Positions 21,601-31,045 of a DNA stretch of 64,000 nt are shown piece by piece. Made by a program: the position numbers and the translations under genes. The notes beneath the pieces are model-generated. The model did not search any database. It was not told the origin of the DNA and saw only the letters and a program-made list of their open reading frames with translations. Origin of the DNA: Candidatus Bathyarchaeota archaeon (lineage in GTDB: Archaea > Thermoproteota > Bathyarchaeia > Bathyarchaeales > Bathycorpusculaceae); contig CAWHDT010000003.1 in the NCBI GenBank assembly GCA_963828195.1, positions 352,001 through 416,000 of the forward strand, in the 5' to 3' direction. Numbering within the stretch: position 1 is the first letter of the stretch; every line of letters starts with the position of its first letter.

Positions 21601-22772
21601 CTGACTTTGTAGGAATCATTGACGTATGCGAAATTAATCCATCAAAAAAAATAGCAAAACTAAACACAAACGAGCAAGTTAGTTTTGTAGAAATGTCCTC
21701 AGTCTCCGAAGATGGCAAAATAATCAACGAGCAAACGTGTCTCTTGAAAAATGTAGCGAAAGGTTTTACATATTTTGTCAAAGGCGACATAATCTTAGCC
21801 AAAATAACCCCTTGTTTTGAAAATGGAAAGAGAGCATATGTCAATAACATAAAGAACACAATTGGGTTTGGAAGCACTGAATTTCTCGTTTTACGACCTA
21901 ACGAAAAGATTGTACCTGAATACCTATATTATATGGTTAGCAGAAAAAAGTTTAGAGAAGATTTAACGCCTCTATTGGTTGGAACCGCAGGTCAAAAAAG
22001 GTTACATAAAGACGTTTTAGCAAATTATCTAATTCCTCTTCCATCTAAGCAGAAACAATTTGATATAGTCAACAAGCTAAAACAGATTGAAAAAATAAAG
22101 AAGTTAAGGATTACACAAAATGAGGCTTTTGACGAATTGATAAAAAGTAAGTTTTTGGCTTTGTTTGGAAACCCCTCGCAAAGTGATTTTTCACTTGTGG
22201 AGCTTCGTACCGTTGCTAAGTTGAATATGGGTGGAACACCATCAACCCAAAAACCTGAGTATTATGTTAATGGTGACATTAATTGGATGAAGTCGGGAGA
22301 CATTAAGTCCGATTTTGTCAAGATTATTCCGAACAAAATAACTAAGTTAGGATTAAAAAATTCCAATGCTAAAATGTATTCTATCGGTGACGTGGTTATC
22401 GCTTTAAACGGACAGGGTAAAACCAGAGCGACAACTGGAATTTTGAAGATAGAAACTGCAAGCAATCAGTCAGTAGCTTCAATATCTCCAAATTTGGATG
22501 TATTGCTTCCCGATTATTTGCATTTTGATTTGAAATATAGGTATCAAGAACTACGAAATTTAACGGGTGATAAGCAAAGAAGTGGTCTCAATTTGAATAT
22601 ATTGAGACAATTGGAAATTCCCTTGCCTCCACGGGAATTACAAAGTCAATTTGGCGATTTTGTAAGACAAGTGGAAATTATGAGAGAAAAACAAAATTCT
22701 TCTAAGATTGAAGCTGAACAACTATTTGAATCCGTTTTGAATGAACTATATGTTCCCAACGTTTCAAATTGA
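21597..22772 (+). CDS. Restriction-modification specificity (S) subunit with two TRDs
   Basis: KITPCFENGK/GSTEF TRD, GGTPST second TRD, IPLPP..Q conserved helices; ATGA overlap with the RM gene. Confidence 0.9.
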   Translation: MTDFVGIIDVCEINPSKKIAKLNTNEQVSFVEMSSVSEDGKIINEQTCLLKNVAKGFTYFVKGDIILAKITPCFENGKRAYVNNIKNTIGFGSTEFLVLRPNEKIVPEYLYYMVSRKKFREDLTPLLVGTAGQKRLHKDVLANYLIPLPSKQKQFDIVNKLKQIEKIKKLRITQNEAFDELIKSKFLALFGNPSQSDFSLVELRTVAKLNMGGTPSTQKPEYYVNGDINWMKSGDIKSDFVKIIPNKITKLGLKNSNAKMYSIGDVVIALNGQGKTRATTGILKIETASNQSVASISPNLDVLLPDYLHFDLKYRYQELRNLTGDKQRSGLNLNILRQLEIPLPPRELQSQFGDFVRQVEIMREKQNSSKIEAEQLFESVLNELYVPNVSN

Positions 22773-22910
22773 AAAGCATTTTATCTTGTTAAGAAATTGA
22801 AATTTAACTACTATTTTTTCTAATCCAAGATTTTATCACTCTGTCACCCGTTTATTTACATGTACATTTCAAAGGCTTAATCCGTCACCCGAAAACTAAC
22901 AGAGAAAACC

Positions 22911-22934
22911 ATCGCCTATGAAGTTAACAGAACC
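22911..22934 (-). repeat. Right terminal inverted repeat
   Basis: Reverse complement GGTTCTGTTAACTTCATAGGCGAT. Confidence 0.9.
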
Positions 22935-23007
22935 CATTTTGGAAAGCCATAAATAAACCTCCAATGTGTATAAATTAAGAATTAACCGATAAAGATACAA
23001 TTAACAC

Positions 23008-25338
23008 ATGGAGAGATGGCTTAAAGTGGGGGAAGGAATTAAAGATCGGCTAAGTAAAAGACTAGCACCATTACGCATCGAGCTAAGTCACGGACAAATA
23101 ATAGCGTATTCTGCGTTAGCTGTAATATTGTTCGTCGCATTTATCGTCAGAATTTTGCCTTTACGCTGGGAAAACCTCTCCGGAGGAACATCTCTTCTTA
23201 ACGAGTTTGACCCTTACTATCAATTCAGCATCACGCAATACATGGTAAATCACGGTTTGATTTCACCTTTTTATCCCACGCACTGGATCAACAATCAACT
23301 GTGGTATCCTTTCGGACTTGACATGTCCACTGCCTTGCCATCAATTCCTATAACGGGTGCAGTGGTCTATGATGTCATCGCAGGTTTAGGCGCAAGCGTT
23401 AATTTGATGACCCTTTGCGCAATGATTCCGCCTGTGGTTGGTGTCATTTCGGTTTTGGTGATTTATTTCTTAGGCAAAGACATTGGTGGAAGAACAGTTG
23501 GCTTATTATCTGCGTTGTTCTTGGCGTTAGAGCCCTCTATCATTGAAAGAACATCTCTGGGGTTCTTTGATACACAGGTCCCAGGAACTATTGGTCTTAT
23601 CTTATTCGTATTCTTATTCTTGAGGTCTATCGACAACAATAGGTCCCTACGTCAATCAATCTTTTACGCGTTAGGTTCCGCCGGCGCCCTAGCTTATTTC
23701 ATAGCAGGCTGGGGTGGAGCATACTACATGATTGACATGACTGTTCTGTTCGTTTTTGTTATGGTTCTGTTTAAGAGGTACAATCAACGGCTTCTGATTA
23801 GCTACAGCATATCGTTTGGTTTAGCATTATACATTTCAGCAATAGTGCCCTATCTGGGACTCACCTACTTAACTTCAGGGGCAGTAATTCCTGTAGCTGG
23901 CGGATTCGTTTTACTTCTCATCGCGGAACTTTTACGAAACAACATATCCTTAAGAAGCAAATTACTTATAGCAATTACTTCGCTTGTCATAATTGTTGGC
24001 GGTTTTTCCACATTATATGCCGTTGGATTCATCAGTGGCAGTGGTCTTCAAGGTAAATTCAGCACAGTTTTGGATCCCTTTATCAGAGCAACTTCGCCCA
24101 TTATCAATTCAGTAGCTGAACAACAAATTACAGCTTGGGGAAACATATACATTGAACTAGGCGTAGGCATCCTATTCTTCCTCATCGGCTTCTACTTTGT
24201 ACTGAAAAATCCAACGAACAGAAACATCTTCCTAGTAGTTTTCGCCATAACATCGCTTTTCTTCGCTGCTTCAATGATTCGTTTACTGGCAATCTTTGCC
24301 CCAGCGTTCTGCATCATAGCGGGCGTGGGCATTCTGGGTCTCATAAAACCGTTTTACACTTTACTTAAAGAAGCGCCGCACAACCTCGCAAAAACAAAAC
24401 GTAGAATGTCGCGAGTAAGCAAGGAATACAGCGGCATCGCAATCTTTCTGATATTCCTAATACTGGTAACTGACGTAGCTTTCTCACCGCAAACTGGCGG
24501 AATACCAAGAGCCATCGACCAATCTTACGTGCCCACAGCGATAAGCGCATCGAGCCTTCCCATAGGCGGCGCAAGCCTAAGTCAACCAGTAGGCGCATGG
24601 CTTGACGCGCTAAGCTGGATGAAAAGCAATGTTCCCGCAAATAATGCTATGGTTGCTTGGTGGGACTATGGCGACTGGTTAACCAACCTTGGAAACGTAA
24701 CAACTCTGTGCGACAACACCACGTACAATACTACGCAAATCGAAAACGTAGGCTACATAATGATGGGCAACGAAAACCAGTCAATGCAAATGCTAAACAA
24801 CTATGAAAACTACCACAATCCTGGGCTGGTCAACTACATCCTCGTCTTCACCGTTCTGCAAATATCTCAGTCAAGCAGCGGCTCAGGATACACCGTGAGT
24901 CCTGCTGGATACGGAGATGAAGGGAAATGGGTGTGGATGGCGAGAATTTCAGGAACAGCAGAGTCATGGTACGAACAAAATAACTACATGAATGCAACGA
25001 CATCAACAGTATGGTCAAATGAAAACGCCTTCGGCAACACCGATAACCAAACAGGGCAGTGGGATTGGAACCTGCAAGGAGATAACTGCACAATCTATGA
25101 ATTGATGAACTATGCAGAAGTGCAATATTGCAACCAATGGACTGCCGCCTCAGGAACTACGTTCACGCCAAGTACGACAACAACAACGCCGACATACTTC
25201 GTAAATCCCTACATCGCTGGCGAAGACACATCACCATTCGAATACGGCGGATTAGTGCCGTTAGTTGCTATCTACCAAATCGACTACCAAGCATACTATA
25301 ACGCGACGGGCGCAACAGGCACAGGCGGCACAGGCTAA
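23008..25338 (+). CDS. aglB: Oligosaccharyltransferase AglB/STT3
   Basis: EFDPYY, GFFD, SVAEQ and WWDYG motifs; multi-TM. Confidence 0.95.
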   Translation: MERWLKVGEGIKDRLSKRLAPLRIELSHGQIIAYSALAVILFVAFIVRILPLRWENLSGGTSLLNEFDPYYQFSITQYMVNHGLISPFYPTHWINNQLWYPFGLDMSTALPSIPITGAVVYDVIAGLGASVNLMTLCAMIPPVVGVISVLVIYFLGKDIGGRTVGLLSALFLALEPSIIERTSLGFFDTQVPGTIGLILFVFLFLRSIDNNRSLRQSIFYALGSAGALAYFIAGWGGAYYMIDMTVLFVFVMVLFKRYNQRLLISYSISFGLALYISAIVPYLGLTYLTSGAVIPVAGGFVLLLIAELLRNNISLRSKLLIAITSLVIIVGGFSTLYAVGFISGSGLQGKFSTVLDPFIRATSPIINSVAEQQITAWGNIYIELGVGILFFLIGFYFVLKNPTNRNIFLVVFAITSLFFAASMIRLLAIFAPAFCIIAGVGILGLIKPFYTLLKEAPHNLAKTKRRMSRVSKEYSGIAIFLIFLILVTDVAFSPQTGGIPRAIDQSYVPTAISASSLPIGGASLSQPVGAWLDALSWMKSNVPANNAMVAWWDYGDWLTNLGNVTTLCDNTTYNTTQIENVGYIMMGNENQSMQMLNNYENYHNPGLVNYILVFTVLQISQSSSGSGYTVSPAGYGDEGKWVWMARISGTAESWYEQNNYMNATTSTVWSNENAFGNTDNQTGQWDWNLQGDNCTIYELMNYAEVQYCNQWTAASGTTFTPSTTTTTPTYFVNPYIAGEDTSPFEYGGLVPLVAIYQIDYQAYYNATGATGTGGTG

Positions 25339-25367
25339 AACGATGCAAAAGAGCAGGGAAGCCACGA

Positions 25368-26228
25368 TTGTTTCCAAAGGTTCCAGACCAGCATAAAGTT
25401 GGACACCCCTTAATTCCAAACGGTCTAGGCGTAATCTACGTCCTATTCACAACCGTTTACCTTTTTCTCCTCTACTTTCTAAAAATAGCTGGAAACCCAT
25501 CGAATGTTTCAGCGCCATTTACCCTGGCTGTATGCGTTCTTTTCGGCGGCTTCATGGGACTGCTTGACGACTGGATAGATTTGAAGTGGCGTTACAAAGC
25601 GTTCATGCCCTTAATCGCCGCGTTACCCCTCATATACTACGCCCAAGAGACTGGTGCAAGAACAACTTTGCTGCTGCCATACATTGCAACGCTCCATCTT
25701 GGCTCCATCTATTTTTACATCATTATTCCAGTGATTGTCATGATAGTTACCAACGCTGTGAACATGCTCGGCGGGTTGAACGGTTTAGAAACAATATGCC
25801 CAGCCATAGTTATCTTGGGGTTAATGGCTGTTTCGCCGTCATACATTTTAATGGTTGGCCCCATTTTATTTTGGCTAGTTTTAGCTTACTTCAACTTTAA
25901 CGGCAAAGTTTTCGTGGGAAATTCAGGCTCCTTCGCCATAGGGATGACGATAGCGTCGTTCGCTGTGATTTCAGACTTAAAATTAAGCTTGCTTGTTATG
26001 CTTCTGCCGTACATTTTCAATTCTGCATTAATACTTTTGATGGTTTACTTTACACGCAAAAAAGCCAGTGTTTCGTTTGACGGAGAAAAGCTTTCGTCGG
26101 ACCATAGAAGAAGTCTAATTACGTTGATAACTTACCATCGACCTTTAACTGAGAAGCAAGTGGTTAGAATAATAGCTTTAACAGTTGCACTATTCACGCT
26201 ATTTGGCGTAATTATTCAGCTAATATAA
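25368..26228 (+). CDS. Polyprenyl-phosphate GlcNAc-1-phosphate transferase (MraY/AglH family)
   Basis: GLLDD, NAVNMLGGLNGLE and VFVGNSG motifs; directly after aglB. Confidence 0.88.
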   Translation: MFPKVPDQHKVGHPLIPNGLGVIYVLFTTVYLFLLYFLKIAGNPSNVSAPFTLAVCVLFGGFMGLLDDWIDLKWRYKAFMPLIAALPLIYYAQETGARTTLLLPYIATLHLGSIYFYIIIPVIVMIVTNAVNMLGGLNGLETICPAIVILGLMAVSPSYILMVGPILFWLVLAYFNFNGKVFVGNSGSFAIGMTIASFAVISDLKLSLLVMLLPYIFNSALILLMVYFTRKKASVSFDGEKLSSDHRRSLITLITYHRPLTEKQVVRIIALTVALFTLFGVIIQLI

Positions 26229-28985
26229 TTAGGCGAGGAACCGTTCAAGTTTAGTTAAGCCGATGATTTCGTCAAAGCTCAAGCCTAAAGCATCCAAAAC
26301 CTGGTCAAAAGTAGAGTGCAAATAAGCAACGTACTTGTCAACATCCACCTCGTTTCTTGATGTCAACTCGACGGGTTTCACATGCGGCTCACGAATAACT
26401 TTAACAAAACTGATTAAATCGCCCGTATGCAGCTCTTTTCCATTTTCCTGCAGAATCCGCGCAGCTTTCACATGCTGAGGTGTAGTTTTAGTGTAACTTG
26501 AAAGTTCATCGCCTAAAGCTACATGAAAAGCCAGTTCGCTAATGTCACCCCACTCTCTGCGTTTTAGCCGCGTGTACCTTTCACGGATTATTTCAGCGAT
26601 TTCTTTTCTTGCCTTCTCGAAGTCGGATGGATTTTTAACTCTTGCAAGGGATTCTTTCATTTTGTTAAAAGCATCTTTGATAAAGACTGGAATGTGTTTT
26701 TTCTTGCCCGTTAAACCCTTCACATCCACAGTTCCGTCTTCCAAAACACCGAGATAATTCTTTTTGCGTGAACTAAATACGGCGTACCTGTAAACTTTGT
26801 CTACGTCGATACCCATGTTCAATTCGTGTTCCGTGTAGTGGACTAATTCTTCAATTTGCTCTTTAGAAGGGTTTTTCAAAAATAAGCTGTCTGTGTCGCC
26901 GTAAAGAACCTGTATGCCCACTGACTCGGCGTGCGTGAGTATTTGTGTAATAGAGTACCTGCCGATGGCTGCCGTTGCTTCAGCTACAGGAGGGCAATAT
27001 AGGTCGAAGCTGTCAGCGCCAAAGACTCCGTAGCTGGCATTTAAAATAACTTTAAGCGCTCCCTGCGTGGTGTTGTACCAGCTTCTAAGCTCAGGCGGCA
27101 AGGTTTTGTCTTTTGCGCGCTGCTTATACCATTTAACCCTTAGATCCCGCAGTGAACCAATCAATAAGCTTTCCAGCGCTCGTTTCTCGCTGCATACCCA
27201 ATGTTGAGTGTCAGGTATCATGCGGCGTCTGCATTCGCTATGTTGGCAATCAATTGACTGGTAACCCAGGTTCCAAACTTTAATTATTGAGGGGTACAGA
27301 CTGGGAAAATCCATAACTGAAACGTTAAAGTGAACGCCAGGCGTGGGTTCAACAACTATGGCGCCTTTATATTTTTTTCCTTTTATTGTAGCTGTCGACG
27401 AAGTTTTTCCTTTCTTTGTCAAAATGTCCTCTGCGTTGGGGATCAGCATGTTTTTTCTTCGGTGCTCGCGGTGCATAAAGTTGCGTATCCAACGGCTTAC
27501 GCCTTGTCGGCTTACGTCTTCCATGGGCATGCTGGCAATTCGTGCAAGGACAAGAATCAACTTCATTGCGGAGTCGTTGTCAAAACTGGTTAGTTTGTAG
27601 GTGATTTCTGAGTCTCGGAGGCAATAAGCTGCGAGTTCAGAATATGTTAAGTCGCCGAAGGTTTTTTCGAGGTGAATTTTTTCAACGCCGATTAATGCGT
27701 TGCCAACATCTTCTAAACTTACGTCTTTATAGCGGCCGCCGTAGGCGTAGATTTGGACGGATCTGTTGAAGAAGAACTTGTAGAGATCAATGTGTATGCC
27801 ATACTTCAGCAAACAAACCCGTTTGCCTACCTCTATGGGAACCTCGCTTCTTCTAAATCCCAAGTTCATTGCTCGATGGGTTAAATAGCGGAGGTCGAAG
27901 TCGTCGCCGTTGAAAGTTAAAATAAACGGATATTCAAGCAGCACATCAAAGGTTTTCTTAAGCAGCTCCTCCTCGGTTTCGCAGAACTCTACCGTAATAT
28001 CTGCTGCTAAGTGATGATTTCCTTCCCGTACGCCTTCGCGTCTGAGAACAAGCACTTTTTTTTCGCCGTCTGAACTGTAAATTGACACGGCGATCACGGG
28101 GCAGGCGCCTTCCCGTGCATCTGGCATTCTTGTGGATAACGGCGAGTAAACTTCTATGTCGATGGCTGCTCTGCGAAATTTTGGGGCAGGGTACTCGAGG
28201 AGTTTTGCCCACATCTCTGCGTATTCACGTTCTTCAGCCGTGCAGTCTGTAAAGAGACGCTTTATCTGGTTCAGGTTCTCGGTAGCTTCCTCAAGAACTT
28301 TAGGCACCAAGTCGCCGTTTTTAACCTCATAAATCATGCCTGGCAAAAGCTGGCGGTCATAAATGTATGATTGATAATACTTTATTTTTGACTCCCAAAC
28401 TTTAGTGTCGCTGTCCTCGATTCTGCATCCGCAAACACGGGGGTAATCTTCAGGAATTATGTCTCTAATCGTGCCCGCTGGTCTCCCACCGATGGCTAAC
28501 GGGTCTTTTGTCACTATTTTGATCAGATTTACATCTTTGTTTTCCAAGGGGTCAAACTTTTTCTGCTCTTCAAAAGCGAAGAAGCCATCATGTCCCGTTA
28601 TGCGGTCGAATTTTTCCAGTTTCTCCCGAGTCAAGTTGGTTAAACAGTAGGGTTTATGGTTCGTATTGTCATACCAAAAATAGATTTGCTCTGATTCGGG
28701 CTCGTAGAGTTTGATAACTGCTTTTTTCTGGCGGCCATCGTAGGATGCTGAAACAAAATAGGATGCAGGCAGGTTTTGGGGAGCCACTGGCGGAAAGGCA
28801 AGGGGTCTTTTCTTTTTTGGTCGTTTAGCTTCTTCTGGTTTCATTTCTTCGTTGTTTATGAGTGGCTGGGGCGTGGCTTTCGCTTTTGCTTCTTCTTTTG
28901 GCAGGGGTTTAGTTTGTTCGCTGCCACAGTAATCTAAGAGTGTTCGCGCCATCCCCAATGATACCTTAGCCTCCATATGGTACAT
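26229..28985 (-). CDS. polB1: Family B DNA polymerase, PolB1 type
   Basis: AIDIEV, FNGDDFD, DFPSLYPS, KVILNASYG, YGDTDS; N-terminal WYDNTNHKPYC typical of crenarchaeal PolB1. Confidence 0.95.
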   Translation of the reverse strand: MYHMEAKVSLGMARTLLDYCGSEQTKPLPKEEAKAKATPQPLINNEEMKPEEAKRPKKKRPLAFPPVAPQNLPASYFVSASYDGRQKKAVIKLYEPESEQIYFWYDNTNHKPYCLTNLTREKLEKFDRITGHDGFFAFEEQKKFDPLENKDVNLIKIVTKDPLAIGGRPAGTIRDIIPEDYPRVCGCRIEDSDTKVWESKIKYYQSYIYDRQLLPGMIYEVKNGDLVPKVLEEATENLNQIKRLFTDCTAEEREYAEMWAKLLEYPAPKFRRAAIDIEVYSPLSTRMPDAREGACPVIAVSIYSSDGEKKVLVLRREGVREGNHHLAADITVEFCETEEELLKKTFDVLLEYPFILTFNGDDFDLRYLTHRAMNLGFRRSEVPIEVGKRVCLLKYGIHIDLYKFFFNRSVQIYAYGGRYKDVSLEDVGNALIGVEKIHLEKTFGDLTYSELAAYCLRDSEITYKLTSFDNDSAMKLILVLARIASMPMEDVSRQGVSRWIRNFMHREHRRKNMLIPNAEDILTKKGKTSSTATIKGKKYKGAIVVEPTPGVHFNVSVMDFPSLYPSIIKVWNLGYQSIDCQHSECRRRMIPDTQHWVCSEKRALESLLIGSLRDLRVKWYKQRAKDKTLPPELRSWYNTTQGALKVILNASYGVFGADSFDLYCPPVAEATAAIGRYSITQILTHAESVGIQVLYGDTDSLFLKNPSKEQIEELVHYTEHELNMGIDVDKVYRYAVFSSRKKNYLGVLEDGTVDVKGLTGKKKHIPVFIKDAFNKMKESLARVKNPSDFEKARKEIAEIIRERYTRLKRREWGDISELAFHVALGDELSSYTKTTPQHVKAARILQENGKELHTGDLISFVKVIREPHVKPVELTSRNEVDVDKYVAYLHSTFDQVLDALGLSFDEIIGLTKLERFLA

Positions 28986-29112
28986 TGAGACTAAAATCTT
29001 TGCTTACTAAAAACCGGCAATCTGCCTTAAGATTAAAGTGATCAAAATAACATGCGAAAAGCAGAAGAAACCTGAAATCGGTTTAATTTTGAGACAAATT
29101 TCACGAAGCGGC

Positions 29113-29247
29113 TTAGAACAATTCATGCAGCACATTGAGGTGGCTATCGACTTCTTTTTTGGAATTGAAGATTTGACCACACTCAGAACACATATATTGC
29201 CCCGCTTTGGTTTGTGAGTTGCTTTTACGTTTGATCACTTGACTCAT
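29113..29247 (-). CDS. 44-aa C2H2 zinc-finger mini-protein (not in ORF track)
   Basis: MSQVIKRK...YMCSECGQIFNSKKEVDSHLNVLHELF. Confidence 0.7.
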   Translation of the reverse strand: MSQVIKRKSNSQTKAGQYMCSECGQIFNSKKEVDSHLNVLHELF

Positions 29248-29433
29248 TGTTTACTTCTCTTGCTTAAAGAAGACGAAAGTGGCATAAACTGATTTGTGCA
29301 AGCAATTTTGCTACACACTTATTGATTAGAAAAGGAGGTGTGTGTGTTTCTGTAGGAGTTGGTTTTGGGTTGCTTTTTTGGTTTAGAGCTTGGATCTTCG
29401 TGCTGGGTGGCTCTGAATAAGGTTTTGTTTTTG

Positions 29434-29615
29434 AAAGAACAACAACACCCGAAAAACAACTGTTGTTCTTCTATTGATCCAGATTTAAGGCAGCCATCTA
29501 AAAAATAAAATTAAAAGAAGAAGAAGCTTCAAAAAACAATTTTTCTTCTTCTTCTTCTTCCATGCGCACTTTTTCAAAAGAACAACAACACTTGGGAAAC
29601 AACTGTTGTTCTTCT
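29434..29615. repeat. Hairpin cluster: two direct copies of an (AAC)n...(GTT)n hairpin flanking a (GAA)n...(TTC)n hairpin
   Basis: AAAGAACAACAACAC-N-AAACAACTGTTGTTCTTCT at 29434-29472 and 29577-29615; central element 29513-29561 matches 8213-8258 inverted. Confidence 0.8.
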
Positions 29616-29672
29616 TGCTTTGTTTTGAATTCTTATTTAGAAGAGCTGCATCTTCTTTAGGCGTGAACTAGT

Positions 29673-31028
29673 TTGCTTAAGGATGCTTGGACAATCGCAA
29701 TTGAAACCCTAAGCTGGATGGAGATGGAGAAACTAAGCGAGCGCCTTGCTCTGGCAAGAACAATCAAGCAGCTGGGCGCAAACGACCCCAACGCCATCCG
29801 CTACGCATACGGCTTAGTCGTCGAAACCACACGACGCCGAAACCTCATCGACAAACTCATCAACACCACAGTTGCCCCCAAAAAAATCGGCGAATACAAC
29901 CTCGGCATCCAATCATTCTTAAGACTTTACGTTTACCAAACGCGCGTGGCTAAGAACTGGGTTAAAATCAATTTGCAAGAAGCCCAAAGCATCGCAGGTC
30001 TTGGCAGATCCATTTTGGGCTGGGAAACCATGCGTGAAGTTGAGCCAATTTTAGGTCTTCTGTTAACGCGCCCGCTTGAGCCAATCCTGAAGGCGGCAAA
30101 CGATGTGGAGCGGGTTAGCTTGCAAACGTTTCATCCCTCATGGTTCGTCAGGTACTGTTTCAGGCTTTTTGGACGAAGCGAAGCCATCAACTTCTTGGAA
30201 GGCAGCGTAAATCCACCGCCCACCTACATCCGAGTCAACACTCTTGCGGCAACGGAAGAGGCAATAGTTCAGAAGCTTGAAGCGGAAGGCGTTAAACTAG
30301 AAAAAGCTGAACCGTTAAAGTTCACTTACAAAATTGGCGAAATGAAAAAACCCCTAAACACCTTGGTGAGCTACAAAGACGGGTTATTTTACATTCAGGA
30401 TAAAGCAAGCTGCTTCGTCGCACAAGCCGCAGACCCCAAACCCGGGAACGTGGTTTTCGACGTTTGCGCCGCGCCCGGAGCAAAAACGACGTTTTTGGCT
30501 CAGCTTATGCGTAACGAAGGCAGCATAGCCTCGGTTGATTTCTCAAATAGGCGTATGAAAGTTTGGAAAAAAGAAGTCGCCCGTATGGGAACCACCATTG
30601 CGGAACCACTGATTGCCGACGCATGCGCCCCCTTGCCTTTCAACGTGCAAGCGGACTTGGTGATTTTGGATCCGCCCTGCACCAGCACAGGCGTCTTCGC
30701 CAAGCAGCCCTCAGCCAAATGGCGCCTCAGACCCAAATCGATTGAGAAAATGGCGGCTATCCAGTGGAAAATGATTAACAGCTGCGCCGAAAAAGTCGCC
30801 GATGGCGGAGCATTAACCTACTCTACATGCAGCATAACAGTAGAAGAGAACGAAATGATAATTGAGCGTTTCCTAAAGTGGCACCCAGAATTCACCTTGA
30901 CGGAGATAACGCCCAAAGTAGGTTTGCCCGGGCTTCGGGAACTAACTAAATGCCAAAGACTCTACCCGCAACTTCACCAGTGCAACGGCTTTTTCATAGC
31001 AAAACTGCAAAAAGAAAATAGAAGTTGA
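29673..31028 (+). CDS. RsmB/NOL1/NOP2 RNA m5C methyltransferase with NusB-like N-terminus
   Basis: QDKAS, DVCAAPGAKT, DPPCTSTG and YSTCS motifs. Confidence 0.93.
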   Translation: MLKDAWTIAIETLSWMEMEKLSERLALARTIKQLGANDPNAIRYAYGLVVETTRRRNLIDKLINTTVAPKKIGEYNLGIQSFLRLYVYQTRVAKNWVKINLQEAQSIAGLGRSILGWETMREVEPILGLLLTRPLEPILKAANDVERVSLQTFHPSWFVRYCFRLFGRSEAINFLEGSVNPPPTYIRVNTLAATEEAIVQKLEAEGVKLEKAEPLKFTYKIGEMKKPLNTLVSYKDGLFYIQDKASCFVAQAADPKPGNVVFDVCAAPGAKTTFLAQLMRNEGSIASVDFSNRRMKVWKKEVARMGTTIAEPLIADACAPLPFNVQADLVILDPPCTSTGVFAKQPSAKWRLRPKSIEKMAAIQWKMINSCAEKVADGGALTYSTCSITVEENEMIIERFLKWHPEFTLTEITPKVGLPGLRELTKCQRLYPQLHQCNGFFIAKLQKENRS

Positions 31029-31045
31029 GTTCTCAATTTATTTTT

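Larger units (their letters stand above)
17560..22934. mobile_element. Cargo-carrying IS6-family transposon (5,375 bp)
   Basis: 24-bp TIRs (21/24 identical, GGTTCTG ends), 8-bp TSD CATTTTGG at 17552-17559 and 22935-22942, one internal DDE transposase, AT-rich cargo. Confidence 0.92.

Noticed and set aside
17560-22934. Casposon, CAST or RNA-guided (TnpB/IscB) interpretation of the element
   Set aside because: No Cas1, TnsABC, TnpB or array inside the TIRs; the nearby PolB1 and cas genes are outside the element.
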